Below, piece by piece: positions 62,002-64,000 of a DNA stretch of 64,000 nt. A program made the position numbers and the translations under genes. The notes beneath the pieces are model-generated. The model did not search any database. It was not told where the DNA came from and was given only the letters and a program-made list of their open reading frames with translations. The stretch comes from Lophium mytilinum (Eukaryota). The number at the start of each line of letters is the position of its first letter. Positions within the stretch are counted from its first letter, which is position 1. The stretch covers positions 2,341,195-2,405,194 of the forward strand of contig MU004182.1 of NCBI GenBank assembly GCA_010093605.1, written 5' to 3'.

Positions 62002-63667
62002 TCAATGGATGAGGTGATCAGGGTCCATCCTATCGAGAGGGTCTTGGCGGTCGAATGCATATTCGATCCGCTTCTCGGGCTCCATAGCGACGATGTCGTA
62101 CTCGTTGCTCTGGCCTGAAAATACCCCCCAATAGGTTGCAAAGGTCTCGAACTATTTTAAAGTCAGCTACGAAATGGCAAAGAGCTGACACGACTAGATA
62201 TACCGCTGCATTGAAGCCCCATTGATCCGGTCCGGGCTCAAGGTCCTCGAAGTCTGCCACCTCTTCATCATCATATCCGTCGGCGATACTGTCGATACCA
62301 TACAAGCCTTTGCCTTCGATATCGATGCCATGTGCGTTTATGTAGGCCACCACGAAGTAGGGCCAGGTCTGAGGGCTCTCGTCGCCGTTCATGTCGAATT
62401 GCATAGCTGTGGTGCCTTCTTCGTCATCTGCAAAGTCCAAGAACATGGAAAGAACCATGGGGATGTTCTTGACTTTCGAGAACGGACCCAAGAGGTCGGC
62501 ACGCTCAAGTGCGTTCAAGCTAGTGAGGAGAGCTCGTCCGATGATGTCCATAGTCGCAGACACGCGCGCGCCATCGTCGAGGCCTAAAGCCCATTGATCA
62601 GTTATTGCGAAGCTGAATGCGATGCAGGTTTCTAGTAGCTTACCAGTCCAGTAACACAGATCACTCGTGAACAGCCAGATCGCCATGGCCTCCATACGCA
62701 CGAACAGTCGATGAGGATCGCAGTTCTCCTTCTTGTACTCCTCGTGGAATGCAACCAGCTACCCGTCGTCAGCCTTCCATTCTCACTTCCGACACGGCCG
62801 AGATTTGAAAACTGCTTACCTGATTCTCAATGACTTCTTGAAGTCCATAACCAGCAAAGTACATGTCGATGTACATGTCGAAGTTGTCTGGGTCCCTACA
62901 AGCCGCCTCATCTTTGTAAGTGTTGACCAGATAGTTGGCCATCTTGGTCACACTCCAGCGCCACGACAGTGCCTCAGCTGGAGTCTTCTCTAAGAATTTC
63001 TTGTTTTCTTCCTGGGCCTTCTTCATCTCATCGACTCCTCCGATCTCAACTACTTCTCCGTCGAATGACTCGCCAGTTGCTTTGCGGTAAGCAGCGTTAC
63101 GCCACTCGCGACGTCGGTCCTGCCATGGGCGGGGCATGCATCGGTACTCGAGGCCCTCGGGGGATGCCATCTTTCCATGGATGATCTTCATTTGCTGTAA
63201 ATATCTCTTTAGCATTGAAGTCCGATAGCTGATTGCCCGGCTTTGGAAGGTCCGAAGGTGCATGGTTGAGAGAGGCTTTGACGAATGCTAATAGAGCGAG
63301 TTAAACCTACAGCAGCGTTCTCTGCCCCATGCTGCTCTTTCGCAGTCAGATCTTCGTTTGCGATGTCAAACATAGACGCATCGGCGTCATAGTCCGCTTC
63401 GTCCTCTTGTAAGGTGACCTCTGAGTGCTCCGAGATCTTCTCGGGAGCTTGAGCAGCACCCGCATCCTCCTCGTTCTCTACTGTCTCCGACAACTCCGCA
63501 GTCTTCTTTTGAGGTCGAGCTCGAATAGCTGTGGTAGGTTGGGCAAAGCGACTCAGTTCTCCGTTTTCCTTCTCGGTAGTCTTCACACGCTTCGAGACAC
63601 TCCTAGGCGGAGACGCAGCGGAGTTGTTGCCGTCCGTCTCGAACAGCAGCCTCTTCGTAGGAGGCAT
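62002..63667 (-). CDS. Hypothetical conserved-type fungal protein, multi-exon
   Basis: Start MPPTKRLL. Exons encode EYRCMPRPW...RDPDNFDMYIDMYFAGYGLQEVIENQ|...RMEAMAIWL...IGRALLTSLNALERADLLGPFSKVKNIPMVL...DQWGF|...YDIVAMEPEKRIEYAFDRQDPL, joined by GT-AG introns. Confidence 0.75.
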
Positions 63668-64000
63668 TGTCGATGATGGGGGGATGACTTGACTTGAACA
63701 AACGAATGTGATCACGAGGAGGAAAGGCTGTCGAAGCCGAGAGAGAGTGTGTACTTTGTAGGTTTGAAAGTGAGGAGCTATGCTTATAAGACATGAAATA
63801 TGAGCTTGGACCAATTGACGTCATTGCCACGCGAGACGGTTGGCTGGCACATGCCTTATTGAACATCTTAGCGAGTAGAGCATGCAATTAGCTTGCTCCG
63901 GGTGGCTAAAGTGAAGATTGATGGTGGATGAGGGAGGGGATGGAGGTTCGGCTCGAGGTGGCCCGTGCTCTATGGGCTCGTTCTGGGACCATACCTACAG

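Noticed and set aside
51600..64000. Possible large mobile element (Starship-type) as the explanation for the accessory-looking right end
   Set aside because: No tyrosine-recombinase captain, transposase or terminal repeats recognised, and conserved-type genes (UPF0656-like, MBL-fold) are interspersed.

Overview
Eukaryotic DNA from a filamentous ascomycete (Pezizomycotina): short GT-AG introns with CTRAC/CTAAY branch sites, and about 20 protein-coding genes. The left part (6.7-18.7 kb) holds a compact carbohydrate-active trio: a 5xWSC copper-radical oxidase, a membrane-anchored GH16 and a processive GT2. The middle (20.7-51.4 kb) is mostly housekeeping: GPI14/PIG-M, TRAX, a PIN protein, NBS1, Irc21-like cytochrome b5, NPT1, SSO syntaxin, acid phosphatase, a multicopper oxidase, an Mtc4-like protein, a GH36/Sip1 enzyme and mitochondrial TyrRS. 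The right part (51.6-64 kb) looks more accessory. It contains a heptad-repeat coiled-coil gene, a diverged ~151-bp tandem array spanning an assembly gap, a UPF0656-like gene, an F-box-like gene followed by a solo copy of the same repeat, an MBL-fold hydrolase and a hypothetical gene. The most unusual observations are three. (1) Each unit of the 151-bp array consists of an indel-free block holding a 29-codon ATG-to-stop ORF on the minus strand, plus a 59-60-nt spacer with intron-like GTRAGC...CTAG ends. (2) The GT2-GH16-AA5 trio is a candidate polysaccharide cluster. (3) Sharp C-rich to G-rich strand-skew switches recur independently of gene orientation. No tRNA, rRNA, CRISPR array or intact transposase/reverse transcriptase was recognised. 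All gene models were assembled by eye and no database searches were run.
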